In this document: one piece after another, positions 1-8,001 of the stretch | Layout of the letters: every line of letters begins with the position of its first letter | Numbering within the stretch: the first letter of the stretch is position 1 | Origin: an uncultured Candidatus Saccharibacteria bacterium | GTDB lineage: Bacteria; Patescibacteriota; Saccharimonadia; Saccharimonadales; Saccharimonadaceae | Length of the DNA: 64,000 nt | Reading direction: 5' to 3' | NCBI GenBank assembly: GCA_947165975.1 | Contig: CAMVCL010000002.1 | Coordinates: 4,987-68,986 of the forward strand | Program-made: the position numbers and the translations under genes | Notes under the pieces: model-generated | Told to the model about the DNA's origin: nothing | Databases searched by the model: none | Seen by the model: the letters and a program-made list of their open reading frames with translations, nothing else

Positions 1-84
1 ACTAAGCCAGAAAATCATCGTGCCCTTGATGATATTAATGGTTCAATAGAGGAGCTCAAATGGTACCTGACCTTTCTCAAATAA
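1..84 (+). CDS. 3' end of an ORF entering from upstream of the window (frame 1, ...HRALDDINGSIEELKWYLTFLK*)
   Basis: Frame 1 is open from the window edge to TAA at 82-84. 27 residues are too few to name a product. The tail resembles the missing first helix of the YjbR-like ORF that follows in another frame. Confidence 0.25.
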   Translation, partial: TKPENHRALDDINGSIEELKWYLTFLK

Positions 85-347
85 GTGGAATTGACGACTA
101 TCAAACAAGATCAAAAAAAGATCGCACTCTGTACTTGAAGAAGGATAAGGCCTTTCTTATTATCAATAAGAATACTATAGAAGTTAGGTGTGATGATAAA
201 TTAAGTCAATTTCTCCAAGAAAAATACGAATCCGTAATGGAATCACGATACTTTGGTCGAGGTGGTATAGAGGTTGTTCTAACCAATCAATTAAGCCCCC
301 AAGAACTTGAGGACTTAATTAGATTGAGCTATTCCTTGACTATTTAG
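60..347 (+). CDS. MmcQ/YjbR-family-like small protein (possibly 5'-truncated or frameshifted)
   Basis: 95-aa ORF. ...AFLIINKNTIEVRCDDKLSQFLQEKYESVMESRYFGRGGIEVVL...LEDLIRLSYSL is colinear with E. coli YjbR as I remember it. Confidence 0.5.
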   Translation: MVPDLSQISGIDDYQTRSKKDRTLYLKKDKAFLIINKNTIEVRCDDKLSQFLQEKYESVMESRYFGRGGIEVVLTNQLSPQELEDLIRLSYSLTI

Positions 348-729
348 CTTCTTTTTTGGCTTTCCTGGCTTCACGTCTACGGTTCATGCGGTTCATCGCC
401 TTAATCACCATGAAAATTACCCAAGCAATTACTAAGAACTGCACAACGTTCTGGATAAAATTACCATAGCCAATTACAGCTTCATCACCAGTCCCGAAGA
501 AATTTGGAACGCGTATTGCTAACCCTGTAAAGTCTACGCCTCCTAGGAGCAAACCTACAACTGGCATCACTATATCGTTCACTAATGAGTTAACAATTGT
601 CGTGAACGCACCACCTACTGCTACACCTACTGCGAGATCAATCATTGAACCGCGATTGATGAACTCAATGAATTCTTCCTTAAGACCCTGTTTTTCCTTA
701 AGTTTTTCGGCCTCCTCAGATTTTGCCAT
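340..729 (-). CDS. mscL: large-conductance mechanosensitive channel MscL
   Basis: EFIEFINRGSMIDLAVGVAVGGAFTTIVNSLVNDIVMPVVG is the MscL N-terminus/TM1 signature. There is a second TM helix and a basic C-tail, total 129 aa. Confidence 0.9.
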   Translation of the reverse strand: MAKSEEAEKLKEKQGLKEEFIEFINRGSMIDLAVGVAVGGAFTTIVNSLVNDIVMPVVGLLLGGVDFTGLAIRVPNFFGTGDEAVIGYGNFIQNVVQFLVIAWVIFMVIKAMNRMNRRREARKAKKEAK

Positions 730-746
730 AAAACTCCTTCCTTAGA

Positions 747-1364
747 TTATTTTGTCTCTGAAAAATCGCTAAATTTATTATAAAGATTTTCCAGACTAGA
801 ATAAGATGTATTAAGTAGATCTCTGTAACCATCGTTCTTGGTGGTTTTTATAATTTGACTTTCTTCAGCCATTATCATAGTTATTTCATAAGCCATCTTA
901 TGGGCAAAAATACGATCCAATATCCCGTTGATCTTTGCTTCAAATAGCTCATTATTTAGAGCTTCGTTATCCGAAGTCGTTTTTGCTAATATTTTGTCGC
1001 TTACTTTCTTTGCGTCATAATTGTATTTAGATTCTAGATAAGGTAACAAATCTTTTTCGGTATTATGCAACACACCACTAAACGAAGAACTACTAGATCG
1101 TAAATCAGACGATTTAATATATTGCTGGTATTCGTCTACCGTCGTCACAGTATTTGTGACATGTAGCATCAAACTGATGCTATTATCTTTTTCACTACTC
1201 TTACCACTAGACAAAACTGCCCCGATTATCATTATTACAATTAAGGCAATCACTGCACCAGCGCCAAACAAGAAATATTTTGATGTCAAAAAATTCTTTC
1301 CTTTTGATTGATCATTCGTTCGGTTAGAAGCTGAAATTTGATTAAGATATTCTTGCCCGTCCAT
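747..1364 (-). CDS. hypothetical membrane-anchored protein (single N-terminal TM helix)
   Basis: 205-aa ORF with hydrophobic stretch FLFGAGAVIALIVIMIIGAVL. It is divergent from dnaG across an 18-bp intergenic promoter core. Confidence 0.5.
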   Translation of the reverse strand: MDGQEYLNQISASNRTNDQSKGKNFLTSKYFLFGAGAVIALIVIMIIGAVLSSGKSSEKDNSISLMLHVTNTVTTVDEYQQYIKSSDLRSSSSSFSGVLHNTEKDLLPYLESKYNYDAKKVSDKILAKTTSDNEALNNELFEAKINGILDRIFAHKMAYEITMIMAEESQIIKTTKNDGYRDLLNTSYSSLENLYNKFSDFSETK

Positions 1365-1366
1365 AT

Positions 1367-1382
1367 GCTATAATTATACCAT
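1367..1382. promoter_or_regulatory. palindromic bidirectional extended -10 core (TGcTATAATTATAcCA) serving both divergent genes
   Basis: TATAAT on + at 1369-1374 and TATAAT on - at 1378-1373. Each is preceded by TGn and lies 8 nt from its ATG (1383 on +, 1364 on -). Confidence 0.6.
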
Positions 1383-3017
1383 ATGAACGACGCAAAGGAG
1401 GAAATAAAATCCCGATTGAGCGTGGAAGATGTGGTGGGTCAATACGTGGAGCTAAAAAGAGCCGGCCGCAACCTCAAAGGCCGTTCACCTTGGGGTGTTG
1501 ATAAAAACCCGAGCTTCATGGTATCACCTGAAAAAGGCATTTGGCATGATTTTTCTGCCAATAAGGGCGGTGATATCTTCACCTTTGTTATGGAGGTTGA
1601 AGGTATCGGTTTTCGTGAAGCTCTCGAAAAACTTGCCGGACAAGCCGGTGTTGATCTCTCCAAATATCGTGGAGGCGATCCCGCTGTTTCCAAGAAAAAA
1701 GCTCGTGCCAGGGAAACTCTCGCTCTTGCTACAAAATATTATCAAGCATGTCTCGTGCGCAACAAATCAGTTTGTGAATATGTTTTTTACCGACGCAACC
1801 TTAATCGCCCCACTGTTGCCGAATTCAAAATTGGCTACGCTCCAGCTAGCGGTAAGGCTTTAACCACGGTCCTTCAAAAACGCGGCTACAGTCTAGACGA
1901 GCTAGATGCTGCTGGTTTACTGAATCGTTTTAAAACAGACATGTTTCGTGATCGTATGACCGTACCATTTATTGACACTACCGGCAATATAATTGGCTTC
2001 ACGGCTCGCATCATTGGCAAAGGTGAACCTAAATATTTGAATACACCAGAGACCATCTTGTTTAACAAATCTAAATTTATCTTTGGTCTATATCAAGCTA
2101 AAGAGTCCATTCGCCGTAGCGGTTTCGTCGTAATAGTGGAAGGCAACATGGACGTGATCTCATCTCATCAGGCTGGCGTTAAAGAGGCTGTCGCTACTTC
2201 TGGTACTGCCATGACTGAACAACATTTGAAAGCACTCTCAAACCTTACTAATGATATTCGTTTAGCCTACGATGGCGATGAAGCTGGAGTCAAGGCCACT
2301 GAGCGCGCTATTATGATGGCTGGCGATTTAGGTATAGATCTCACCGTTATCTCTGATTATCATGGCGCTAAGGATCCAGATGAGCTGATCCAAAAAGACC
2401 CGAAACTTTGGCAAGAAGCCGTCAAAAATAGTGTCCCGGCCGTCGACTGGCTTCTTCAGAAGTATGAAGAAAATCTTAACCTTCGTACCTCGCCGGGTAA
2501 ACGTAAATATTCTGACATTGCTTTAAAACTGCTCAGCTATGTTAAAGATGAGGTCGAACGAGCTAGCTATGAAGAAAAAGTCGCTAAGAAGATCGACGTT
2601 GGTGTGGAGATTTTACGTGAAAAAGGCGCTCGTCTCGAGCAAAAGCTATCTGAATCCCCGACTAAATATCTCAAAAAACCTAAAACTTCGGTCAAGAATG
2701 ATACTCTAGGGCAGCTTGAAAATTCCTTGCTTGCTCTTAAGATTTACGGCGGCATCACTAAGACAGATATTCCTTTTGAGATTCCCGATGATGATATTAA
2801 ACTCGCTGAGCTCGAACTAGTATTTAATCGTGAGCATGAACTATCTGACAACACTGACTTAGAAAAAGAATCTGCCGAGCTCCTTACTCGCTACAAAAGG
2901 GAATTGAGTAAGCAAAAAATTACAACCTTGACCGAACAATTAAACAACTTTGACGAAGACTCTGACGAGTATATCGATATTTTAAAAAACATACAAGAAT
3001 TACAACAATCAGATTGA
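1383..3017 (+). CDS. dnaG: DNA primase DnaG (Zn-ribbon ligands substituted)
   Basis: Toprim block VVIVEGNMDVISSHQAG...LAYDGDEAG and a primase core. The N-terminal region aligns with the CHC2 zinc finger but has S/G/D/A at the ligand positions. Confidence 0.9.
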   Translation: MNDAKEEIKSRLSVEDVVGQYVELKRAGRNLKGRSPWGVDKNPSFMVSPEKGIWHDFSANKGGDIFTFVMEVEGIGFREALEKLAGQAGVDLSKYRGGDPAVSKKKARARETLALATKYYQACLVRNKSVCEYVFYRRNLNRPTVAEFKIGYAPASGKALTTVLQKRGYSLDELDAAGLLNRFKTDMFRDRMTVPFIDTTGNIIGFTARIIGKGEPKYLNTPETILFNKSKFIFGLYQAKESIRRSGFVVIVEGNMDVISSHQAGVKEAVATSGTAMTEQHLKALSNLTNDIRLAYDGDEAGVKATERAIMMAGDLGIDLTVISDYHGAKDPDELIQKDPKLWQEAVKNSVPAVDWLLQKYEENLNLRTSPGKRKYSDIALKLLSYVKDEVERASYEEKVAKKIDVGVEILREKGARLEQKLSESPTKYLKKPKTSVKNDTLGQLENSLLALKIYGGITKTDIPFEIPDDDIKLAELELVFNREHELSDNTDLEKESAELLTRYKRELSKQKITTLTEQLNNFDEDSDEYIDILKNIQELQQSD

Positions 3018-3061
3018 CCTACTCTTGCAAAAAAGGATCGTTTAGATTATAATCTATCATA

Positions 3062-4036
3062 ATGAGCTCGAAAAAAGATGATATTTTGAACGCAAAAGAT
3101 TTGCCTCTGGAGATCGACGAGCCAGAGACTGACGATTTAGAACAAGAAGAAGAATTAACTGACGAAGAACTCGCTATTACAGCTGAGAACGTCGATTCTT
3201 TTGCGGATGACTCAGTGCGACTATATCTTCGTGAAATCGGTAAGATACCGTTACTTACTCCAGATGAAGAGGCTGAACTTGCTCAGCGCATTGTTAAAGG
3301 TGATAAAAAAGCCAAAGATAAAATGGTTGAATCTAATATGCGCCTTGTTGTATCTATTGCAAAACGTTATGGGGGACGTGGCTTAGACTTCCTCGATCTT
3401 ATTCAGGAGGGGAATACTGGTCTTTTGCGTGCCGTTGAAAAATTTGATCCGGCCAAGGGATTTAAGTTTTCAACCTATGCTACATGGTGGGTTCGACAAG
3501 CTATTACTCGCGCTATAGCCGACCAAGCGCGCACGATTCGTATCCCAGTTCATATGGTTGAAACTATTAATAAGGTCTTAAGAACCACACGTAAGTTGAC
3601 CGCTGAACTTAATCGTGAACCGACCAACGAAGAGATCGCTAAAGCTCTCGATATGGAACCAGAAAAGATTGACTACGTCATGCGTATTAAACAGGATATC
3701 GCTTCACTCGATGCTTCCATTGGTCGCGAGGGCGACGATGAGGACTCTGTCCTGGGCGATTTTGTCGAAGACGAGGAACGCGATTCGCCTGAAGATTCTG
3801 CAGCTAATCAAATTCTCAAAGAACAACTATCTGAAATTATTGCTACATTAACTGATCGAGAACAGAAAATCATTCGTCTAAGGTTTGGTATTGGTGGTGG
3901 ACGTCCACATACTCTCGAAGAAGTTGGTGCCGAATTCGATGTCACTCGTGAACGTATTCGTCAAATTGAAGCCAAGGCTCTTTCTAAACTTCGCAAGAAT
4001 AAAGAGACCAAAAAACTTCATGAATATTTGAGGTAA
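3062..4036 (+). CDS. rpoD: primary sigma-70 factor
   Basis: Regions 2-4 are present: [52 protein letters not shown]. Promoter is TTGCAA-16-TATAAT (3026..3053), 8 nt before the ATG. Confidence 0.92.
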   Translation: MSSKKDDILNAKDLPLEIDEPETDDLEQEEELTDEELAITAENVDSFADDSVRLYLREIGKIPLLTPDEEAELAQRIVKGDKKAKDKMVESNMRLVVSIAKRYGGRGLDFLDLIQEGNTGLLRAVEKFDPAKGFKFSTYATWWVRQAITRAIADQARTIRIPVHMVETINKVLRTTRKLTAELNREPTNEEIAKALDMEPEKIDYVMRIKQDIASLDASIGREGDDEDSVLGDFVEDEERDSPEDSAANQILKEQLSEIIATLTDREQKIIRLRFGIGGGRPHTLEEVGAEFDVTRERIRQIEAKALSKLRKNKETKKLHEYLR

Positions 4037-4042
4037 TTACCT

Positions 4043-4444
4043 ATGAAAAAAATATTGACAACTTTTATGGCAGCTTGTTTTAGCCTCGTTTTCTTAGCGA
4101 CTCCTGCATTTGCCAAATGTCCAGAAGGAACCATTCCTATTTCAGTCTTAGATGGTGGTGAAGTTGTCACTGGTAGCGAGGGAGAACGCTGTTCCAAAGA
4201 AAAAGAACAGGGCTCTGGTATCTCCAATATCATAAACCTAGTTTTAGATATTATGACCACAGGCATCGCTATTATCGCCGTAATATCTATCACTGTTATT
4301 GGCATTCAATATCTTACTGCTGGTCCAGATGTTGGCAAAACCATTAAAGCTAAGCAACGTATCTCAGAGATTATTATCGGATTAGCCGCCTACGTATTAA
4401 TTTATGCATTGATTAAATGGCTCATGCCGGGTTCTGGTGTATAA
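4043..4444 (+). CDS. secreted two-TM small protein, TrbC/VirB2-like (type IV secretion pilin-like)
   Basis: Signal peptide MKKILTTFMAACFSLVFLATPAFA, then two hydrophobic helices separated by a basic loop (YLTAGPDVGKTIKAKQRISEIIIGLAA). The layout is that of T4SS pilins. Confidence 0.45.
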   Translation: MKKILTTFMAACFSLVFLATPAFAKCPEGTIPISVLDGGEVVTGSEGERCSKEKEQGSGISNIINLVLDIMTTGIAIIAVISITVIGIQYLTAGPDVGKTIKAKQRISEIIIGLAAYVLIYALIKWLMPGSGV

Positions 4445-4453
4445 GGGATAATC

Positions 4454-5362
4454 ATGAAACGTATAATTATTATATATAACCCTCGTTCATCACGTTTTAT
4501 TGATGTAAAAAAAGAAGTTCTATCCAAAACCACTTCCTTTAAAGGTTATATGGTTGGCAAATACGAAGTAGAACCTACTGACGTAAACAAAAATGCCATT
4601 AAATTTGCCAAAATACTTAAGAATGGTGATCTAGTTATTGCGGCTGGTGGTGACGCTACCGCCTCAATTGCCGCAAACGGCATCATGCAATCTAAAAAAG
4701 ATGTATCTTTTGCAGTGTTGCCGTATGGAAACTTCAATGATCTTGCTCGCACACTCGGCAACCAGACTATATCGGACATTTTTTCCGAAAAAGCTCACAT
4801 TGAAAACTTATACCCCCTTGAAATCATTGTTGACGGCAAATTTTTCCGTTACGCCACTTGCTACGTGACAATCGGTATGACTGCCGAAGCTGTCGAGCTA
4901 TTTGACGAGCCAAACACCCGTAAAAAATTACAAAAAGGTCACAAAAGTTCTTGGCGTTCCTATTTGTATCTGATGTTTTGGTATTTTAAAAACCGCCACA
5001 AAAAACAATTTATCCCAGATTTTAAACTAAATGGTGTCAAACAACACCAGAAGACTTCTGACTACGCAGCGGTTAACGGTCGTTCAATGTGTCGAGTTAT
5101 GAAGGGTGGCAATGATTATCATATCCCTCAAAAATTCCGCAGCACCACCGATCGACTCACTAATTTCTGGAGACTTTTTAAGCTCATGACGAAAAGTATT
5201 TTAATTCGTACACCAGGCGAAGAGACTACGGAGGACATTCTAGAGTTTCAAAATCCAGCCACTGTGGAGCTACAAGCCGAAGGTGAATACCAGGTTTTTA
5301 AAGACATTAAAACTATTAAAATAAGAAAGGCTCACAAATGTCTGAAGGTAATCGAGAATTAG
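4454..5362 (+). CDS. diacylglycerol kinase-family lipid kinase (YegS/DgkB-like)
   Basis: IIIYNPRSS...DLVIAAGGDATASIAANG...AVLPYGNFNDLARTLG matches the DAGK catalytic domain. The GGDGT motif reads GGDAT. Confidence 0.75.
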   Translation: MKRIIIIYNPRSSRFIDVKKEVLSKTTSFKGYMVGKYEVEPTDVNKNAIKFAKILKNGDLVIAAGGDATASIAANGIMQSKKDVSFAVLPYGNFNDLARTLGNQTISDIFSEKAHIENLYPLEIIVDGKFFRYATCYVTIGMTAEAVELFDEPNTRKKLQKGHKSSWRSYLYLMFWYFKNRHKKQFIPDFKLNGVKQHQKTSDYAAVNGRSMCRVMKGGNDYHIPQKFRSTTDRLTNFWRLFKLMTKSILIRTPGEETTEDILEFQNPATVELQAEGEYQVFKDIKTIKIRKAHKCLKVIEN

Positions 5363-6138
5363 AGCAAATCATTAAATATATGAAGGCGCATTGGCCTTCA
5401 ACGGTTAAACCGGAATGGCAAGTTAAGCTTAATGAATATCCAATTATTCTACAAAAAGTGATTGCAGATTTTACTCTTGCCGCGACTAAGAATCACCATC
5501 TGATTCGTATAGCCGGAGTATCTGGTTCCGGTAAAACCACCCAAATCCTTCCAGCGGTTGAAGCCTACTGCAAAAAAAATAATTATGAACCAATCTTGAT
5601 GGCTGCTCGTCGTTTTGTCGAATATCATCCACATTATCAAGAGATCAAAGAATATTATGGCGACGAAAATCTTCGCAAGCTAACTGATGAATTTAGTACC
5701 ATCATGTTATTCCTGACATTATCAGAACTAATTAAAAATGGTTACGATATCATACTTGATGTTACACTGTTGGACCCTGAAATGGAAGCCATCTTACTAA
5801 AACTATTAAAAGCAGGGGATTATCAAATGTTGATTCTAATGATTGCAGTCTCGCCTACAATCACTGAACAATATTTACGGGGTCGCGCTTGGCGACATAC
5901 TAAAGAAACCGAGCTTGAATTCATCCGCGCCACCTCGCACGCATTAGCATTCTATGCCGAAAACGCGCCCGAGCAACGTATTATCATCTGGAGTGTCTAC
6001 GATAAACCACCAATCTATGATGGCCCAATCAAAGAATCACTAAGTATTTTTAACGATTATTCTGCGCGAGAAACTCTACCTCAAAAAGATGACGACGCTC
6101 GTCGTAATGCAAAAATTGACTATCTCAGTAATTTATAA
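5338..6138 (+). CDS. P-loop kinase, zeta-toxin/UDP-GlcNAc kinase-like
   Basis: Walker A IRIAGVSGSGKTT. Size and overall layout are those of zeta-type kinases. SD AAGAAAGG precedes the ATG at 5338. Confidence 0.4.
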   Translation: MSEGNRELEQIIKYMKAHWPSTVKPEWQVKLNEYPIILQKVIADFTLAATKNHHLIRIAGVSGSGKTTQILPAVEAYCKKNNYEPILMAARRFVEYHPHYQEIKEYYGDENLRKLTDEFSTIMLFLTLSELIKNGYDIILDVTLLDPEMEAILLKLLKAGDYQMLILMIAVSPTITEQYLRGRAWRHTKETELEFIRATSHALAFYAENAPEQRIIIWSVYDKPPIYDGPIKESLSIFNDYSARETLPQKDDDARRNAKIDYLSNL

Positions 6139-6945
6139 TTGGTTCAAATTGATTTCAGGAAATTTGGCGCGAATGTGCTCAGCATAACCATTATCAATAT
6201 TTTTCCAGGCCTTCTTCATTCGAGAGATTTCTTTCTCATTATCAAAGAAAGACAGAAACGCTTTTTCAAATTCTTCAGGGGCTGGTCTAGACACCATTCT
6301 TGCCACATCCATATTGGGGTTACCAGTTCCTGCAAAGCAAAAATCAATCACTCCTATTACCTTATCATTCTCATCTAACAAAATATTACCAAGATTTAAA
6401 TCTCCATGCACAAGCTTAGCTTCTTCTGTAGCCTTTATATACCTATGGTCTGCATCAATATGCTTGTTATAATGCTCGTAATCCAACTCGTGCAAAAAAT
6501 CCGACAAGGGATACTTTACTTCGTCTGGGGCACCTTTTAAGTCGATACCAGAAAGTTCCTTGATAAATTTCGCCGTATCATAGGCTACACCTAAAAGGGC
6601 AGTATGTGATAGATGATAGATTCTGTCACCTAAAGTATACCCTTCAATCTTTTTGTGTACTGAAAATGGTCGTCCCTTCGAGTCATAATATAATTTCATT
6701 TGGGGCGTATAATAACTAGTTTTTCCGTCTACAAAATTACAAACTGCGGCATCTTTCACAATCATCTTGGACCAAAATGGGTTGCGCGGAAAACGGAAGA
6801 AATAGGAACCCTTGTCAGTAGTTACTTCAATTACTATATTGGTCCACCCTGTCAAAATATGCTCTGATTTAATCACCTTCTTACCCGCTAATGTTTCGGC
6901 AATAATATCATCCAACGGATCGGAAGGAACAAAAAAATTGTTCAT
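6133..6945 (-). CDS. aminoglycoside-phosphotransferase (APH)/choline-kinase-fold small-molecule kinase
   Basis: Catalytic loop HGDLNLGNILLDENDKVIGVIDF. I place the start at 6945 because TGGTATAAT (6961..6953 on the minus strand) lies 7 nt upstream. The ORF track extends to 6978. Confidence 0.7.
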   Translation of the reverse strand: MNNFFVPSDPLDDIIAETLAGKKVIKSEHILTGWTNIVIEVTTDKGSYFFRFPRNPFWSKMIVKDAAVCNFVDGKTSYYTPQMKLYYDSKGRPFSVHKKIEGYTLGDRIYHLSHTALLGVAYDTAKFIKELSGIDLKGAPDEVKYPLSDFLHELDYEHYNKHIDADHRYIKATEEAKLVHGDLNLGNILLDENDKVIGVIDFCFAGTGNPNMDVARMVSRPAPEEFEKAFLSFFDNEKEISRMKKAWKNIDNGYAEHIRAKFPEINLNQL

Positions 6946-6999
6946 ATACACAATTATACCATACAAGCAGTTATTCATAGAATATGATATACTATTACT

Positions 7000-7566
7000 A
7001 TGGACAATGTTAAAATTCTCGCCGTAGTCGGCATGAGTGGCAGCGGCAAATCAGTCATAGTGGACCATCTCACCGATAAAGGCTATCCAAAGGTTTATTT
7101 TGGGGGTATGATCTACAAAGAAATGGAAAAACGAGGAATTGTTCGCACTGAAGATGGTGAATCTGAAAAAAAATTTCGTGAGGAGATTCGTGAAAAAGAG
7201 GGCAAAGATTGGGTGGTAAATCAAGTTATCGCTGAGACCAAAGACCTCATTAGTGCCGGACAAAAGCGTATCATCCTAGACGGAGTTTACTCTTGGACTG
7301 AGTACAAGATATTGAAACACGAATTTCCGACCTGTCTAACTTTTGTCGCTGTAGTGGTAGACAAAAAAATACGTTATGATCGTGTCGCCAAACGTCCAGG
7401 GCGTGCGTTTGATGGGAAGGCCATTCGAGAACGTGATCGTTCCGAAATTGAAAATCTCGAAAAAGGTGGTCCAATCGCCGCCGCCGACTTTTATATTCTG
7501 AATAACGGTACGATAGAAGATGCTAAAACTAGAACAGATGAAATACTAAAGGAGATTGGATTTTGA
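7000..7566 (+). CDS. P-loop nucleotide kinase (archaeal UPF0200 / dephospho-CoA-kinase-like)
   Basis: Walker A VVGMSGSGKS, ...ILDGVYSWTEY..., RERDRSEIE...GGPIAAADFYILNNGT. TGaTATACT lies 6 nt upstream of the ATG. Confidence 0.5.
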   Translation: MDNVKILAVVGMSGSGKSVIVDHLTDKGYPKVYFGGMIYKEMEKRGIVRTEDGESEKKFREEIREKEGKDWVVNQVIAETKDLISAGQKRIILDGVYSWTEYKILKHEFPTCLTFVAVVVDKKIRYDRVAKRPGRAFDGKAIRERDRSEIENLEKGGPIAAADFYILNNGTIEDAKTRTDEILKEIGF

Positions 7567-8000
7567 GCAACGAAATTTCAGCAGTTTCATACAAAAAAGG
7601 GAATTGGATGCGCTATACCTTATGGGGTTTAGCAGCATTCTGTATAGCTATTTTGATAATTACTTTTATCAATATGATGAGCGGAGAAATATCCGCCGCA
7701 GTACCCGAGGGCTATAAGTTCGCTATCTCTGATGAGTATGGAGAAGGTAACGGAAAAGTTCGCACCACATACTACGTTTACGACAAGGCAATTTATGTTG
7801 AAACAGAAGGATATAAAGAAGATGGTGTAGATCGGGCTGTTTTGATATATGATGGTGTCAATACTTCAAAACTCGAGTTGAACGAAGCTGAAACCACTAA
7901 GGTCTGCTACGAAGGTAGCTGTGTCTATAAGCCAAAGGTACTGATTACGATTAAAAATCTAATAGCGCACAAAATTGGTCGCGAATATATAGGCTTTTAA
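7563..8000 (+). CDS. hypothetical membrane-anchored protein
   Basis: 145-aa ORF with one TM helix (YTLWGLAAFCIAILIITFINMM). Start overlaps the upstream stop. Confidence 0.4.
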   Translation: MSNEISAVSYKKGNWMRYTLWGLAAFCIAILIITFINMMSGEISAAVPEGYKFAISDEYGEGNGKVRTTYYVYDKAIYVETEGYKEDGVDRAVLIYDGVNTSKLELNEAETTKVCYEGSCVYKPKVLITIKNLIAHKIGREYIGF

Positions 8001-8001
8001 C

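Noticed and set aside
1-347. Possible -1 frameshift joining the frame-1 tail (...SIEELKWYL) to the YjbR-like ORF (..DLSQISGIDDYQ..), which would restore a full-length YjbR fold.
   Set aside because: It is plausible by eye but rests on about 10 residues at the window edge. I cannot tell a sequencing error or pseudogene from two separate genes.
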